From the IMG/VR virus record IMGVR_UViG_2534682139_000016, positions 1 to 47,073 of that record: a stretch of DNA of 47,073 bases; one strand, 5' to 3'. This DNA is from a virus. Lineage: Duplodnaviria; Heunggongvirae; Uroviricota; Caudoviricetes. A program made the position numbers and the translations under genes. The notes under the pieces are model-generated. The model was given only the letters and a program-made list of their open reading frames with translations. It did no database searches and was not told the DNA's origin. Below are positions 1 through 10,943 of the stretch, in pieces (position 1 is the stretch's first letter; every line of letters begins with the position of its first letter).

Positions 1-39
1 ATGGCGCTCATAAATCTGGTATACTTACCTTTACACATT

Positions 40-402
40 GGGGCTGATTCTGGATTCGACGGGATTTGCGAAACCCAAGGTGCATGCCGAGGGGCGGTTG
101 GCCTCGTAAAAAGCCGCAAAAAATAGTCGCAAACGACGAAAACTACGCTTTAGCAGCTTAATAACCTGCTTAGAGCCCTCTCTCCCTAGCCTCCGCTCTT
201 AGGACGGGGATCAAGAGAGGTCAAACCCAAAAGAGATCGCGTGGAAGCCCTGCCTGGGGTTGAAGCGTTAAAACTTAATCAGGCTAGTTTGTTAGTGGCG
301 TGTCCGTCCGCAGCTGGCAAGCGAATGTAAAGACTGACTAAGCATGTAGTACCGAGGATGTAGGAATTTCGGACGCGGGTTCAACTCCCGCCAGCTCCAC
401 CA
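40..402 (+). ncRNA. ssrA: tmRNA (SsrA), full length ~363 nt
   Basis: Starts GGGGCTGATTCTGGATTCGACGGG; contains tag-peptide ORF GCAAACGACGAAAACTACGCTTTAGCAGCTTAATAA (ANDENYALAA*) at 131-166; ends with tRNA-like acceptor arm GGTTCAACTCCCGCCAGCTCCACCA. Confidence 0.95.
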
Positions 403-530
403 ATCATGATTGGACGGTGTAAGGACAACACCAACAAAAACAGGAAGTTAGCAGTCTCAGCAGGACACCGACCAGACGGTGAGGAGATAAAAAAGGATAC
501 GCAAAGGAGCCGTGGCTCTCGAGTGACACA

Positions 531-560
531 AAAGCCCGCTTATGCGGGCTTTTTGTTTTT
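531..560 (+). terminator. Rho-independent terminator-like hairpin (AAGCCCGC-TTAT-GCGGGCTT followed by TTTTGTTTTT)
   Basis: GC stem-loop followed by T-run, between ssrA and the first cargo gene. Confidence 0.55.
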
Positions 561-630
561 CCCTTAAGTTCCTAGCCTCTTATCTATAACTATGGAAAAA
601 TGTTAACCCTGACTGTATGTTAACAAAGGG

Positions 631-1845
631 ATGTATATGTCGGTTTTTCATAACTGGCTGCTTGATATCGCAAGCGGGAATTACTTTATCTACATCAAAC
701 GCCTTTCTGCAAACGACACAGGCGCAACAGGTGGCCATCAGGTCGGACTTTATATCCCCTCAAATATCGTTGAAAAGCTTTTTCCATCTATCAATCATAC
801 TCGCGAACTGAACCCTTCAGTCTTCCTTACTGCGCATGTATCATCCCATGATTGCCCTGATACCCAAGCACGCGCAATTTATTACAACAACCGTTATTTT
901 GGTAAGACCCGAAACGAAAAAAGAATTACGCGCTGGGGGAGAGGAAGTCCATTACAGAACCCTGAAAATACAGGAGCCCTCACAATTCTTGCTTTCAGGT
1001 TAAACGAACAGAACACTGACTGTTCCGAGGTAGATATATGGGTCTGCGTCAATCCCGATGAAGAGGATATCATCGAGTCTGCTATTGGCGAAATCATACC
1101 TGGAACCCTAATTTCCGGCCCTGCCGGACAAATTTTGGGCGGATTGTCTCTTCAGCAAACTCCAGTAAATCATAAATATGTTATTCCTGAAGACTGGAAG
1201 AAGCGTTTTCCTTCTGGAAACGAAATTATTCAATATGCTGCTGGCCATTATGCTAAAAACTCCAAGGATCCAGATGAGCAACTGATTGACCGTCGGCGTG
1301 TCGAGTATGATATTTTTCTACTCGTCGAGGAATTACATGTTATTGATATTATTAAGAAAGGATTCGATTCTGTAGATGAGTTTATTGCATTAGCCAACTC
1401 TGTCAGTAATCGACGTAAATCAAGGGCAGGCAAATCACTTGAACTTCACCTAGAGAAGCTTTTTATCGAGCACGGACTACGGCATTTCTCCACTCAGGCA
1501 GTTACTGAAGGTAATAAAAAACCAGATTTCCTGTTTCCTTCAGCAGAGGCATATCATAACGTTGAATTTCCTGTAGAAAACTTACGTATGCTGGCAGTAA
1601 AGACCACCTGCAAAGATCGCTGGCGTCAGATACTGAATGAAGCAGATAAAATCCATCAGGTACATTTATTTACACTGCAAGAAGGTGTTTCTTCAGCACA
1701 ATACCGAGAAATGAAAGATGCGGGTGTCAGACTCGTTGTACCATCAACTTTACATAAAAAATACCCAGAAGCAGTTAGAGAAGAATTAATAACGCTCGGA
1801 GCATTCATTACTGAGCTGATAGAGCTTTACGCTGAACTATCATAG
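631..1845 (+). CDS. ecoRIIR: Type IIE restriction endonuclease, EcoRII-like (CCWGG)
   Basis: 404-aa ORF; N-terminus MSVFHNWLL...YIKRLSANDTGATGGHQVGLYIPS and overall sequence match my recollection of R.EcoRII; AGGGA Shine-Dalgarno 7 nt upstream; convergent with a C5-methyltransferase gene. Confidence 0.85.
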   Translation: MYMSVFHNWLLDIASGNYFIYIKRLSANDTGATGGHQVGLYIPSNIVEKLFPSINHTRELNPSVFLTAHVSSHDCPDTQARAIYYNNRYFGKTRNEKRITRWGRGSPLQNPENTGALTILAFRLNEQNTDCSEVDIWVCVNPDEEDIIESAIGEIIPGTLISGPAGQILGGLSLQQTPVNHKYVIPEDWKKRFPSGNEIIQYAAGHYAKNSKDPDEQLIDRRRVEYDIFLLVEELHVIDIIKKGFDSVDEFIALANSVSNRRKSRAGKSLELHLEKLFIEHGLRHFSTQAVTEGNKKPDFLFPSAEAYHNVEFPVENLRMLAVKTTCKDRWRQILNEADKIHQVHLFTLQEGVSSAQYREMKDAGVRLVVPSTLHKKYPEAVREELITLGAFITELIELYAELS

Positions 1846-1848
1846 GCT

Positions 1849-1871
1849 GACTCCCGGCTTAAAAGGCCGGG
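1849..1871. terminator. Hairpin between convergent R and M genes (CTCCCGGC-N7-GCCGGGAG), possible bidirectional terminator
   Basis: 8-bp perfect GC-rich inverted repeat in the 34-bp gap between the two convergent stop codons; no clear U-tract. Confidence 0.4.
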
Positions 1872-1879
1872 AGATGTTC

Positions 1880-3313
1880 TCAAGGCTGCCCAGTCTTACC
1901 AGCATCAGCAGAAACAGCTTTGAGGATATAGGGTTCCAGAAGTCTGGCAACAGCTTCAAATACTGGCACCACAACTGAGTTACCGAACTGCCGATATGAC
2001 TGAGTATCTGAAACCGGAATACGGAATGGTTTCCCTCCAGGTTTTTCAAATCCCATAAGGCGTGCGCACTCTCGGGGAGTCAGCCTGCGTGGTCGACGAG
2101 CCTGATTACTCTCATTCATAAAGTCAGCCTCTCCCGTTGCCATATCCCAACCACGATCAATAAGAATTTCTGATCCGTCTTTGTGATATCTGGCAGAAAG
2201 TGTGCGTGCAATGCTTTCCTTATTCTCAGGATTGACCAACCCAAAGCCAAAACCATTCCCCTTGGCTGCATGCTTTTTGGCGTAGTTATAAAGGTACTCC
2301 CATAGTTTTGGCGTAAGTATATATTTACTGTCGACTACAGGCTCCAGCAATTCACCAAATGATGGGCGGTGTTCCGGATAAAAACGACTGATATCACGCA
2401 AGGTAAACCCCTTGTGAATATTCAGATCTCGTCTAAATCCGACCAGAACAATGCGTTCACGATGCTGAGGCAAAAAATGCTTCCCATCGATAATCTTTGG
2501 ATCGTTTTTTCCCATTTCTGCAGCATCGGCAACTTCGTAGCCCAGCTCGTCAAGGGTCTCCATAATGACTTTGAAAGTTTTACCCTTATCATGGCTCTTC
2601 AGATTTTTGACATTTTCCAGCACAAAAATTGCCGGTTTTTTTGCTCGTATAATACGTGCCACGTCAAAAAAAAGTGTTCCTTGTGCTTCACATTCAAAAC
2701 CATGCGCACGACCAAGTGAGTTTTTCTTACTAACACCAGCAAGGCTAAATGGCTGGCACGGGAACCCCGCAAGAAGCACATCATGATCCGGCACATGCTC
2801 ATCAATATATGCATAAGCATCCGTTTCCAATACATCGGTTTTATCACTCAGCGTGACTTCCCGAATATCGAGATTGAATTTATGCACCTGTTCATCGTTA
2901 AACCAGTTGGCCTTGTATGTACGCACAGCATCTTTATTCCATTCACTGGTAAAAACACACTGGCCTCCAATGGCCTCAAAACCTTTCCGTATCCCTCCAA
3001 TTCCAGCAAATAAGTCAATGAAGCGGAAAGCATATTCCGGATGGTTTGCAGGTGGTTCTGGTAGCATCTTACGCAGAAGAGACTCTTCTACTGAAGTCAA
3101 CGATTTTGGTAAACACTTGCCATTAATCCAGCGGTTAATGGTTTCACGGCTCCACTCATTTTTTCCGACTTTTCTCAGTAATTCAGCCACATACTTCTGA
3201 TCATAGATTTCCAGCACTTTCTCGATAAGCTTTTTATCATTTTCCTGTCGCAGCTTTTCTTCCGCCTCGGCTTCCTTCAGCAGATGCTGTGCCAACACTT
3301 CAAATTCAGACAT
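1880..3313 (-). CDS. ecoRIIM: DNA (cytosine-5) methyltransferase, M.EcoRII/Dcm-like
   Basis: Motifs [10 protein letters not shown] (AdoMet binding), GFPCQPFS (catalytic PC), ENVKNL; start placed at MSEFEVL (3313) because GGAGG lies 4 nt upstream, giving 477 aa; ORF track extends to 3355. Confidence 0.9.
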   Translation of the reverse strand: MSEFEVLAQHLLKEAEAEEKLRQENDKKLIEKVLEIYDQKYVAELLRKVGKNEWSRETINRWINGKCLPKSLTSVEESLLRKMLPEPPANHPEYAFRFIDLFAGIGGIRKGFEAIGGQCVFTSEWNKDAVRTYKANWFNDEQVHKFNLDIREVTLSDKTDVLETDAYAYIDEHVPDHDVLLAGFPCQPFSLAGVSKKNSLGRAHGFECEAQGTLFFDVARIIRAKKPAIFVLENVKNLKSHDKGKTFKVIMETLDELGYEVADAAEMGKNDPKIIDGKHFLPQHRERIVLVGFRRDLNIHKGFTLRDISRFYPEHRPSFGELLEPVVDSKYILTPKLWEYLYNYAKKHAAKGNGFGFGLVNPENKESIARTLSARYHKDGSEILIDRGWDMATGEADFMNESNQARRPRRLTPRECARLMGFEKPGGKPFRIPVSDTQSYRQFGNSVVVPVFEAVARLLEPYILKAVSADAGKTGQP

Positions 3314-3674
3314 AATTCCTCCAAGGGGTCTAATGGGTGAAACTTTATCACTCATTCAACCCAGAAGGAAATGTTTTATCTGGATATTTAAACAGTGACT
3401 ACAACGTAATCTAGCACTGGTGATGCTTTGTTAGGCATAGAGAATCATTCTATATACGACTAATGACAGAAAAACAGCAGACAAGTAGTTTGTTCATAAA
3501 TTAACGCATACTATGTGTCTACGGTTTTCGAGACCGGTCCAATCATCAAACGAAACATAAAATTAGCTCACATTATGAGGAAAAGTATCTTTTTTGTACT
3601 ATGTAAATTCAAAGGCTTAGCCTCATTTCTCCGATGGTTTTCTCAACACTACTGGTTGTGAGCCCTTGCAATGA

Positions 3675-4493
<819 letters not shown>

Positions 4494-4550
4494 GTCTTTA
4501 AGTGATAAGCATAAACCGCAGCACGATCTTGCATACGACGTGCTACGGTT

Positions 4551-5105
4551 TCATTTATCTCCGACCGAAAACTTCTTATACAGTGTCGATATACCAACAT
4601 CATAGATGATCGCCACCTTCTGGCGAGGAACGCCTGATGCAATTAATCGCCCAGCCTGCGCCCATTGTTCTGGTGTAAGTTTGGGACGACGTCCACCAAT
4701 TCGTCCCTGTGCGCGAGCAGCTTCCAGTCCAGCTTTTGTTCGTTCAACAATCAGTTCTCGTTCCATTTCAGCCAGGGCACCCATCACATGAAAGAAAAAA
4801 CGCCCCATCGGTGTGCTGGTATCAATAGCATCCGTCAGGCTGCGAAAATTAACGCCACGTTCGCGCAACTCCTCAACCAGAATGACCAGATGCCGCATAC
4901 TACGCCCCAGCCGATCCAGCTTCCAGACAACCAGAGTGTCACCTTCCGATAATGTCCTGAGCAGTTTTTTCAGTCCCGGCCTTTCAGACTTTGTACCGCT
5001 TATCTTGTCTTCAAAAATCAGCTCGCATCCTGCACAGTTCAGCGCATTACGCTGTAGATCTGTGTTCTGGTCATTTGTTGACACACGTACATAGCCAATA
5101 AGCAT
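4551..5105 (-). CDS. pin: Serine recombinase, DNA invertase of the Pin/Gin/Hin/Cin family
   Basis: MLIGYVRVSTNDQNTDLQ... catalytic Ser motif; near-identical from memory to e14 Pin; adjacent to tail-fibre genes flanked by inverted crossover sites. Confidence 0.9.
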   Translation of the reverse strand: MLIGYVRVSTNDQNTDLQRNALNCAGCELIFEDKISGTKSERPGLKKLLRTLSEGDTLVVWKLDRLGRSMRHLVILVEELRERGVNFRSLTDAIDTSTPMGRFFFHVMGALAEMERELIVERTKAGLEAARAQGRIGGRRPKLTPEQWAQAGRLIASGVPRQKVAIIYDVGISTLYKKFSVGDK

Positions 5106-5131
5106 GGTAGATCTCCCTGACAAAAGCAGGA

Positions 5132-5533
5132 ATGATGCCATTTGCTCGTTATTTCTGCATTTTCATAAACGTTGGTTTGGGAGAAGCGGCGAAAAGGGAT
5201 GTAGGCACAGGAGAAAATCAGATACCGGATATGTCAGCCTGGAAAAGAAATCCGAGTTCTAATCGCTGGAGAAAATTGCCTGATGGAACCATCATTCAAA
5301 TGGGAATATCAGCATCAGGGCCATTAGGCTCACCTGTAAATATCACCCTGCCGATATCTTTCAGCAATACCAATTATTGTGTTGTTGCATCGTACGATAA
5401 TGCACGGTCAGGTGTGTCAACAATGGTTAGTTTTGCAGCATTACCTGTTTCACCATCGCAATTTTCCCTGATGTCATCTGTGACTGAGCAAGGAATAAAT
5501 CCTTTTGCTTACTGGATTGCTTTTGGAGATTGA
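5132..5533 (+). CDS. Alternative tail-fibre C-terminal variable segment (silent orientation; expressed only after inversion)
   Basis: ORF reads through the left crossover site encoding ...VGLGE, the same junction peptide (NLGLGE) found in the minus-strand tail-fibre gene; ends next to an oppositely oriented tail-fibre assembly gene. Confidence 0.55.
   Translation: MMPFARYFCIFINVGLGEAAKRDVGTGENQIPDMSAWKRNPSSNRWRKLPDGTIIQMGISASGPLGSPVNITLPISFSNTNYCVVASYDNARSGVSTMVSFAALPVSPSQFSLMSSVTEQGINPFAYWIAFGD
5160..5185. repeat. Invertase crossover site (gix/hix-like), left copy
   Basis: TTTTCATAAACGTTGGTTTGGGAGAA; its reverse complement TTCTCCCAAACCAACGTTT matches 19 of 20 nt of the site at 6965-6990; resembles hix/gix consensus TTxxxxAAACCxxGGTTTxxxxAA. 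Confidence 0.8.
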
Positions 5534-5536
5534 TAA

Positions 5537-5956
5537 ATGGACAGATACTTCTATTCACAAAAAGAAAATGGTTTTTTTACCGATTTAAATAAAGCACCTT
5601 CAGATGCTGTTGAGATAACCACGGATGAATGGCTGTCACTACTGGATGGTCAGGATAATGGCATGAAAATAGTCAGCAATCAGGAGGGATATCCGGTTTT
5701 GACAGAGCAACCACCTTTATCAAAAGAAAACCTTATTGCATTGGCAGAGTTGAAAAAAGGAAAACTTATTAATGAAGCCAACGAGCACATGAACAGCAGG
5801 CAATGGCCTGGTAAAGCGGCTATTGGTCGTCTGAAAGGTGAGGAACTGGCGCAATATAATTTGTGGCTGGATTATCTGGACGCACTGGAGCTGGTCGATA
5901 CTTCCAGTGCGCCAGATATTGAATGGCCTACGCCTCCGGCAGTTCAGGCCAGATGA
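5537..5956 (+). CDS. Tail fibre assembly protein (alternative copy inside the invertible segment)
   Basis: 139 aa; C-terminus ...SSAPDIEWPTPPA parallels ...STAPDIIWPELPEA of the convergent copy; typical Tfa/U-like size. Confidence 0.7.
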   Translation: MDRYFYSQKENGFFTDLNKAPSDAVEITTDEWLSLLDGQDNGMKIVSNQEGYPVLTEQPPLSKENLIALAELKKGKLINEANEHMNSRQWPGKAAIGRLKGEELAQYNLWLDYLDALELVDTSSAPDIEWPTPPAVQAR

Positions 5957-6521
5957 TATCCGGCGCGGTGCTGGTATCTGTTACCGTCACCGCGTCAATG
6001 TAATCCAGCACGGCGTTAAGTCGGGTTGTTTCTGCCTGCGTCAGTTTCCGTCCGGCCTGCAATTTCAGTTGAATCAGACTAATGGAAGCCATTACAGTAT
6101 CAATCAGTGACTGACGTTGTGCTTCTGCCGCGTCTACTGCGGCGCTATGCTGTGCCTCGGTATCCGTCACCCATTTCTCACCATCCCATTTATCGTATGG
6201 CGTTAACGGTGAAAGCGTGACATAACCGTCTTTGATGGCACCGATATAATCCACTGTAACAGCTGCGCCATTTTCTGTTGAGTAAACAGTCTCATTGCGA
6301 TGGTCTTCTTCATGGCTCCATCCCTTACCCGTAAATACTGCCACTTTTCCCGGAATGTTTTCGCCAGGGTCAATACCAGTGGAACAGGCGGGCATACTTA
6401 CGCCAGTATTAATATATTCATCAGACCAGCCCGTATACTCAGATGTTTCAGCATCATAATAAAAACAACGCATATCGCCCGGCACTGTAGCCAGCCCATT
6501 TTCATCAAAAACAGGTTTCAT
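5928..6521 (-). CDS. Tail fibre assembly protein (currently expressed orientation)
   Basis: 197 aa immediately downstream of the tail-fibre gene; convergent and overlapping 29 nt with the alternative copy. Confidence 0.75.
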   Translation of the reverse strand: MKPVFDENGLATVPGDMRCFYYDAETSEYTGWSDEYINTGVSMPACSTGIDPGENIPGKVAVFTGKGWSHEEDHRNETVYSTENGAAVTVDYIGAIKDGYVTLSPLTPYDKWDGEKWVTDTEAQHSAAVDAAEAQRQSLIDTVMASISLIQLKLQAGRKLTQAETTRLNAVLDYIDAVTVTDTSTAPDIIWPELPEA

Positions 6522-7267
6522 TATTTAGCCCTCACCAGAAAGTTAAATGCAATATTTCGCGGTCTGACAGCAACAAAATTCACACCATCACCCACAGAGT
6601 TACTGGTGAAATTAAATCGTGAAAATCCTGGCTGATTTCCGGCGATGCCATCATGAAAGTTAATTGCGTGTCCCGCACCTTCGCCTATATTCCCGGCAAA
6701 CTGAGAAAAGTTTGTAGCTGCCTGCCAGCTTAATAATTCACGACCACCATCTGCACCTCGCCCGTCATCCCAGATACGAATGAAATCACCGCGGGCTTCA
6801 GGTAATACCAGCGAAGGAAACACTTTCGCCAGCACAGGATAATCAGTGGCAGAGAATTTCGCGCCGTTGAACTTCAAAAACACCATACTGGACCAGCTGT
6901 CGATTACAGTATTTGGCATTGCAGCGGACGGCCAGAAGAACGGAACGCCAATAGCTGGAGAACCTTCTCCCAAACCAAGGTTTTCGAGAGCCGTTTTCAC
7001 CGTGCCATCCGATTTGATATCACCAAACGGATTCTTGCGGCTTAACAGCAGCGCACGAAGCGCGGTAAGCAGCTGGTCGTGCCGCCCCTTCTCCAGGCTG
7101 GCACCGGACGCCTCCACAACGCTGCAAAGCTCCTCCTGCAACATGTCAAAGTAGTCATCATCCAGATCGGTGGCAGGCGTGCCGGTCTGGGGGTTACCAC
7201 GGGTAAAACCGTTCTTACCCGCGCCGAACTTATCCTTCTGCGCGGTTTTCGTGTCTATACGATGCAT
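6521..7267 (-). CDS. Tail fibre protein (constant N-terminal part 6978-7267 fused to variable part 6521-6977)
   Basis: [21 protein letters not shown]... N-terminus typical of Mu S-like fibres; the right crossover site lies inside the gene at the constant/variable junction. Confidence 0.75.
   Translation of the reverse strand: MHRIDTKTAQKDKFGAGKNGFTRGNPQTGTPATDLDDDYFDMLQEELCSVVEASGASLEKGRHDQLLTALRALLLSRKNPFGDIKSDGTVKTALENLGLGEGSPAIGVPFFWPSAAMPNTVIDSWSSMVFLKFNGAKFSATDYPVLAKVFPSLVLPEARGDFIRIWDDGRGADGGRELLSWQAATNFSQFAGNIGEGAGHAINFHDGIAGNQPGFSRFNFTSNSVGDGVNFVAVRPRNIAFNFLVRAK
6965..6990. repeat. Invertase crossover site (gix/hix-like), right copy
   Basis: TTCTCCCAAACCAAGGTTTTCGAGAG, inverted relative to 5160-5185. 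Confidence 0.8.
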
Positions 7268-7270
7268 GGA

Positions 7271-7855
7271 TTACTCCGGATATTTAAAAATTACGTAGGT
7301 ATGCGACGGGCAGAGTTTGTTAAGCACACACTCGACAACGGTGTCGCCCCAGATACGCAGTGCGGAATCACAGGGATCGCCACATGTCATCCAGGTGGTG
7401 TTGGTGGCGGCTGGCATGTTGACCTGCCAGTAATACCGCCATTCAGGCGCGTTCACAGCGTCAGTACAGGCCGATGAGCAGGTGAACGTGCTTTTGTCGT
7501 ATCGCGTGATGGTGGCATCTGGTCTGCCCAAGGCAGCAAGCTGTGCAAGATAAAAATCCTCGTTGATGCCACCCGACAGGTTAACCTTCGCATCCAGCCG
7601 TTGCTGACGCTGGCGAAGGGTCTGTGTCCCTGCGGGAATACATTCATCCGGCAGACCGCACAGACGCTCCCAGCGGTTTATCAGTTCAGTGGTAGTGCGC
7701 GGATCCAGCTCCCGCATCAGGGCATCCGCACGCTGATGAACGCGGGTTAATGACGGTGCCGCACCGGCAATCGCCGGATCGCTGGCTGACCACGCCGGAC
7801 CGGGGGGCAACAGTGCCGACAACAGACGGATGTAATCATCGTTTGTCACGTCCAT
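7271..7855 (-). CDS. Baseplate/tail protein, Mu gp48-like
   Basis: 194 aa, position between baseplate J-like gene and tail fibre; [22 protein letters not shown]... Confidence 0.55.
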   Translation of the reverse strand: MDVTNDDYIRLLSALLPPGPAWSASDPAIAGAAPSLTRVHQRADALMRELDPRTTTELINRWERLCGLPDECIPAGTQTLRQRQQRLDAKVNLSGGINEDFYLAQLAALGRPDATITRYDKSTFTCSSACTDAVNAPEWRYYWQVNMPAATNTTWMTCGDPCDSALRIWGDTVVECVLNKLCPSHTYVIFKYPE

Positions 7856-8904
7856 GAAATCGTCCCCAGTACCGCCAGTTCATTTTTTGCAATGGAGATA
7901 TTGTCTGCCGGTGCAAGCAACTGATGGCTGTATTCCCCGTTCGCACCGGAAATCGCTTCACTGATACGTGACACCTTCAGTTCTCCCTGCGGATAACCAT
8001 CACGCAGCAGGAACGAACGCAACTCGGCGGTGATGGCAGCCCGTATTTCCGGTGTGTCCGGCGTCACGCGGATATGAAAATCCACTTTATGCGCCACCGG
8101 CCTGAATACATACAAATCAGAGCCTGCCACCGGGGCCAGTGGCCCGATATGTTGTCTTGCCGCCGTTTCCGTTGATTCTTCCGGAATGGGATTAATCAGG
8201 TCACTGCTGGCAATCATCACACCGACAGTTCCCGTTCCCATCCAGTGACGGTATGTCCATGCGCGGGTAATGCCGGGCACTTCTTTAGCCCAGACGACAT
8301 AGTCCCCGTCAGCCCCGCCCTGCGGCGTCCAGTAATACCGCTCAATGACGCGGGCGCGCCACGTTTCCAGATCTTCAGTATCGAATCCTCCAGTCAGGGT
8401 ATCTGCAACACCGGAAGACGGCAGACCATTCACCGGCGTGACCAGGATTAATGCCGTACCGTCGTCAGCGTTACCGACCGCGCCTGTAGTTGAGCAAGTG
8501 ATCGGCACACGCAGGACACCACCGGAGCTGGTTGCATCGGCAGTTGCCGTGTACTGAACCAGGTCATCGCGCTGAATAACACTCCCGGCAGTCACCTTCA
8601 GGCCATCGCTGACACCTTCCCAGCGCATATACCCGCTGGCAGCCGTGGCCCCCTTGCGCGGACACCGTTTCATCGCAGCATGTCGCGCCAGCCAGGACTC
8701 ATCGCACAGGTCAGGCAGCATATTCATTGCCAGATAATCGATGTACCCGTAAACCGTATGCAGCGCCGCCGCATACACCTTTGCCCGCACGTCTTCATCC
8801 ATGCGCCGGAGCGTGTCGCTGACGTCCAGCCTGGCAAATAAATCGTTACGGAGCATACTGATATTTTCTGCCAGCGTCGGGCGCTGAAATTCACTGTCCG
8901 CCAT
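7846..8904 (-). CDS. Baseplate J-like protein (Mu gp47-like)
   Basis: 352 aa; order and size in a Mu/P2-type baseplate block. Confidence 0.7.
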   Translation of the reverse strand: MADSEFQRPTLAENISMLRNDLFARLDVSDTLRRMDEDVRAKVYAAALHTVYGYIDYLAMNMLPDLCDESWLARHAAMKRCPRKGATAASGYMRWEGVSDGLKVTAGSVIQRDDLVQYTATADATSSGGVLRVPITCSTTGAVGNADDGTALILVTPVNGLPSSGVADTLTGGFDTEDLETWRARVIERYYWTPQGGADGDYVVWAKEVPGITRAWTYRHWMGTGTVGVMIASSDLINPIPEESTETAARQHIGPLAPVAGSDLYVFRPVAHKVDFHIRVTPDTPEIRAAITAELRSFLLRDGYPQGELKVSRISEAISGANGEYSHQLLAPADNISIAKNELAVLGTISWT

Positions 8905-9319
8905 GCGTTATCGCACTCCACAGATCATCAAAAGAAATCATTACCGGTCCGTCACGACGCCAGAGAGTGATACTGTTACCCAGTTCATTAATCCCGGTGC
9001 GGCGGATATCCAGATCAATACGGGACACCACGCCGTCATCAGTCATCCATTGCAGGCATTCGCGGATATACCCCCTTACCGTCTGCACCAGCTGATTGGT
9101 CAGTTTGCTGCGCTGAAGCAGCCACAGTCGGGAGCCGTAACGGTCATTCTGTACCGCAGGCCAGGTATCCCCCCACCATCCCATCGGGACGTCGGCGTTG
9201 TCATCAGGCTCCGCCCGCCGCCAGGTAAACAGGGAAATCACCACGGCGCGGGTCAGCGGATCCAGCGGTGCGCTGGCGCAGGTGCGTTTACCGTTCACCG
9301 TCAGCCACAGTTCCATCAT
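8891..9319 (-). CDS. Baseplate protein, gpW/gp25-like (Mu gp46-like)
   Basis: 142 aa, synteny. Confidence 0.6.
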   Translation of the reverse strand: MMELWLTVNGKRTCASAPLDPLTRAVVISLFTWRRAEPDDNADVPMGWWGDTWPAVQNDRYGSRLWLLQRSKLTNQLVQTVRGYIRECLQWMTDDGVVSRIDLDIRRTGINELGNSITLWRRDGPVMISFDDLWSAITHGGQ

Positions 9320-9864
9320 GCCTCCATCGCTTTATCAGGTTTGTCGGTGTTACTGCCCTGACCGTTCTCTCTGTGACGATGCCCGTTATAGGCAAGCCGC
9401 ATCGCTGACATGGTGGTGCCGCCGGAGTCGCACAGGTCTTTCACCTGTCCGGTCACTTCCAGGTCCATTTCAAAACGTGCTCTGGGCGCATTGCGAAACG
9501 TGATCGTTTTACCTGCACCGTCCACCACGATCCCCTCCCGGGTCAGCGTCACGGACTGCCCCTGATCGTCATAGACAGCCACCTCACCCGTCTGCAGCCC
9601 TTTCAGGCGGTAGCGCCGGTCCGACACCGTAACAACCACCGCATGAGAACGGTCGCCATCCGGAAACAACACCACCGCTTCCGCACCGCTGTTTGCCCTT
9701 GCGGTAAAACCGTAGGGTTCAAGATGTTCAACCCCGGCTTTGGGTTCACCGGCAATCAGGGACACATCCACGGTCTGACATTTCGTGGCGGCACTGATGC
9801 TTTTCACCACGGCCCGCCCAATCAGGCCGAGGAGTTGTCGCTGCATGGTTTCAATCGTCCTCAT
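9316..9864 (-). CDS. Baseplate assembly protein V / spike (Mu gp45-like)
   Basis: 182 aa, synteny; start overlaps upstream stop (ATGA). Confidence 0.6.
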   Translation of the reverse strand: MRTIETMQRQLLGLIGRAVVKSISAATKCQTVDVSLIAGEPKAGVEHLEPYGFTARANSGAEAVVLFPDGDRSHAVVVTVSDRRYRLKGLQTGEVAVYDDQGQSVTLTREGIVVDGAGKTITFRNAPRARFEMDLEVTGQVKDLCDSGGTTMSAMRLAYNGHRHRENGQGSNTDKPDKAMEA

Positions 9865-10943
9865 CAGAACGGGTCCTCCTGTACTCTGGCTTTTTTCTTT
9901 TTCCGCGCGCCGGGGGCTTCGGGTTCAGGCAGATAAGCATCAGGTGGGCCGACACGGATTTCCGTCTGGGTGCCGTTCTGGTCCTGAGTAAACGTGACTT
10001 CCGAGACAAGCAGTTCGGTATTGTCGAAACCACAGACCGGATCGAAGACAATCACCCGCTGGTTGGGCTGCCACAGCGTACCGTTACCCTGTCGCCAGCC
10101 CTGCACCACATAGGTGGTTTCATCCGTCCGCGCCGCCCGTTGTCGGGCTTCAAAGTCAGCACGCGCAATACAACCTGCCCCCGTGGCCTGCCCTGTCTGC
10201 CTGATATACATCGGACGGTAACGGGCAATAAATGCGTCCTCTGTGCGTGCCCGCAGCGCGGTGGTGGTGGCCTCACCGAAATCATCGTCGTTTCCGGCAC
10301 GCTGCCCCGCCACCTGGTAAACAGAAAACCGCTCCCGGATACTCTTCTCCGTATCACAGGAAAGGATGTTTTCCCCAAGTACCAGCGCGGTATGTGCCCG
10401 CGTTGAGCCAATACCGCCAATCACCAGCCTGCCGTGCGGGTCGTCGTAAGCCAGCGCCTGCTGCTGACCGAGTATTTTGTTGATCACCTCAATCACCGTT
10501 TCACCGTGATCAGGCTGAACATCAGGAATAACACCCGACGGCGCACCGCTGTTCACCACCTCAATGCCGAAAGGCGCAGCAAGCGCCTGCGCAATCTGCA
10601 CCAGCGAGCGTCCGTTAAACTGTGTCGGTTCGGCTGCACAGTCAATCAGGTCAGCCGTCAGACTACGTCCGGCAATACCGGTGCTGACCGAACGGGCATC
10701 GTAACGAACGGGAGTCGCCTCCACCCAGCCGGTGATCACCAGCTCATCACCAATCAGCACTTCCACTTTTGAACCGTTTTTAATGCGCGGCTGAAGCGTG
10801 GTGATACCCTCATCTCCCGGCCACTGGCGAGTGATCTCCACACTGAAATCCCGCGCCAGCCGTTCAATACCGGCACCGATGCGCACCGATGTCCAGCCAT
10901 TCCACTCCCGGCCATTTACCCGTAGCGTGACATTGTCGTTCAT
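9864..10943 (-). CDS. Tail protein, Mu P / P2 gpD-like
   Basis: 359 aa; MNDNVTLRVNGREWNGW... ; synteny. Confidence 0.65.
   Translation of the reverse strand: MNDNVTLRVNGREWNGWTSVRIGAGIERLARDFSVEITRQWPGDEGITTLQPRIKNGSKVEVLIGDELVITGWVEATPVRYDARSVSTGIAGRSLTADLIDCAAEPTQFNGRSLVQIAQALAAPFGIEVVNSGAPSGVIPDVQPDHGETVIEVINKILGQQQALAYDDPHGRLVIGGIGSTRAHTALVLGENILSCDTEKSIRERFSVYQVAGQRAGNDDDFGEATTTALRARTEDAFIARYRPMYIRQTGQATGAGCIARADFEARQRAARTDETTYVVQGWRQGNGTLWQPNQRVIVFDPVCGFDNTELLVSEVTFTQDQNGTQTEIRVGPPDAYLPEPEAPGARKKKKARVQEDPF

Noticed and set aside
1-39. Window begins with ATG, suggesting a gene start or the tail of smpB
   Set aside because: No open frame is supported; ssrA starts at 40, so this is most likely just the ssrA promoter/leader at the window edge.
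2369-3200. Several plus-strand ORFs (116, 73, 76, 115 aa) inside the methyltransferase gene
   Set aside because: They lie antisense within a gene with strong motif support and have no ribosome-binding sites or recognisable domains; shadow ORFs.
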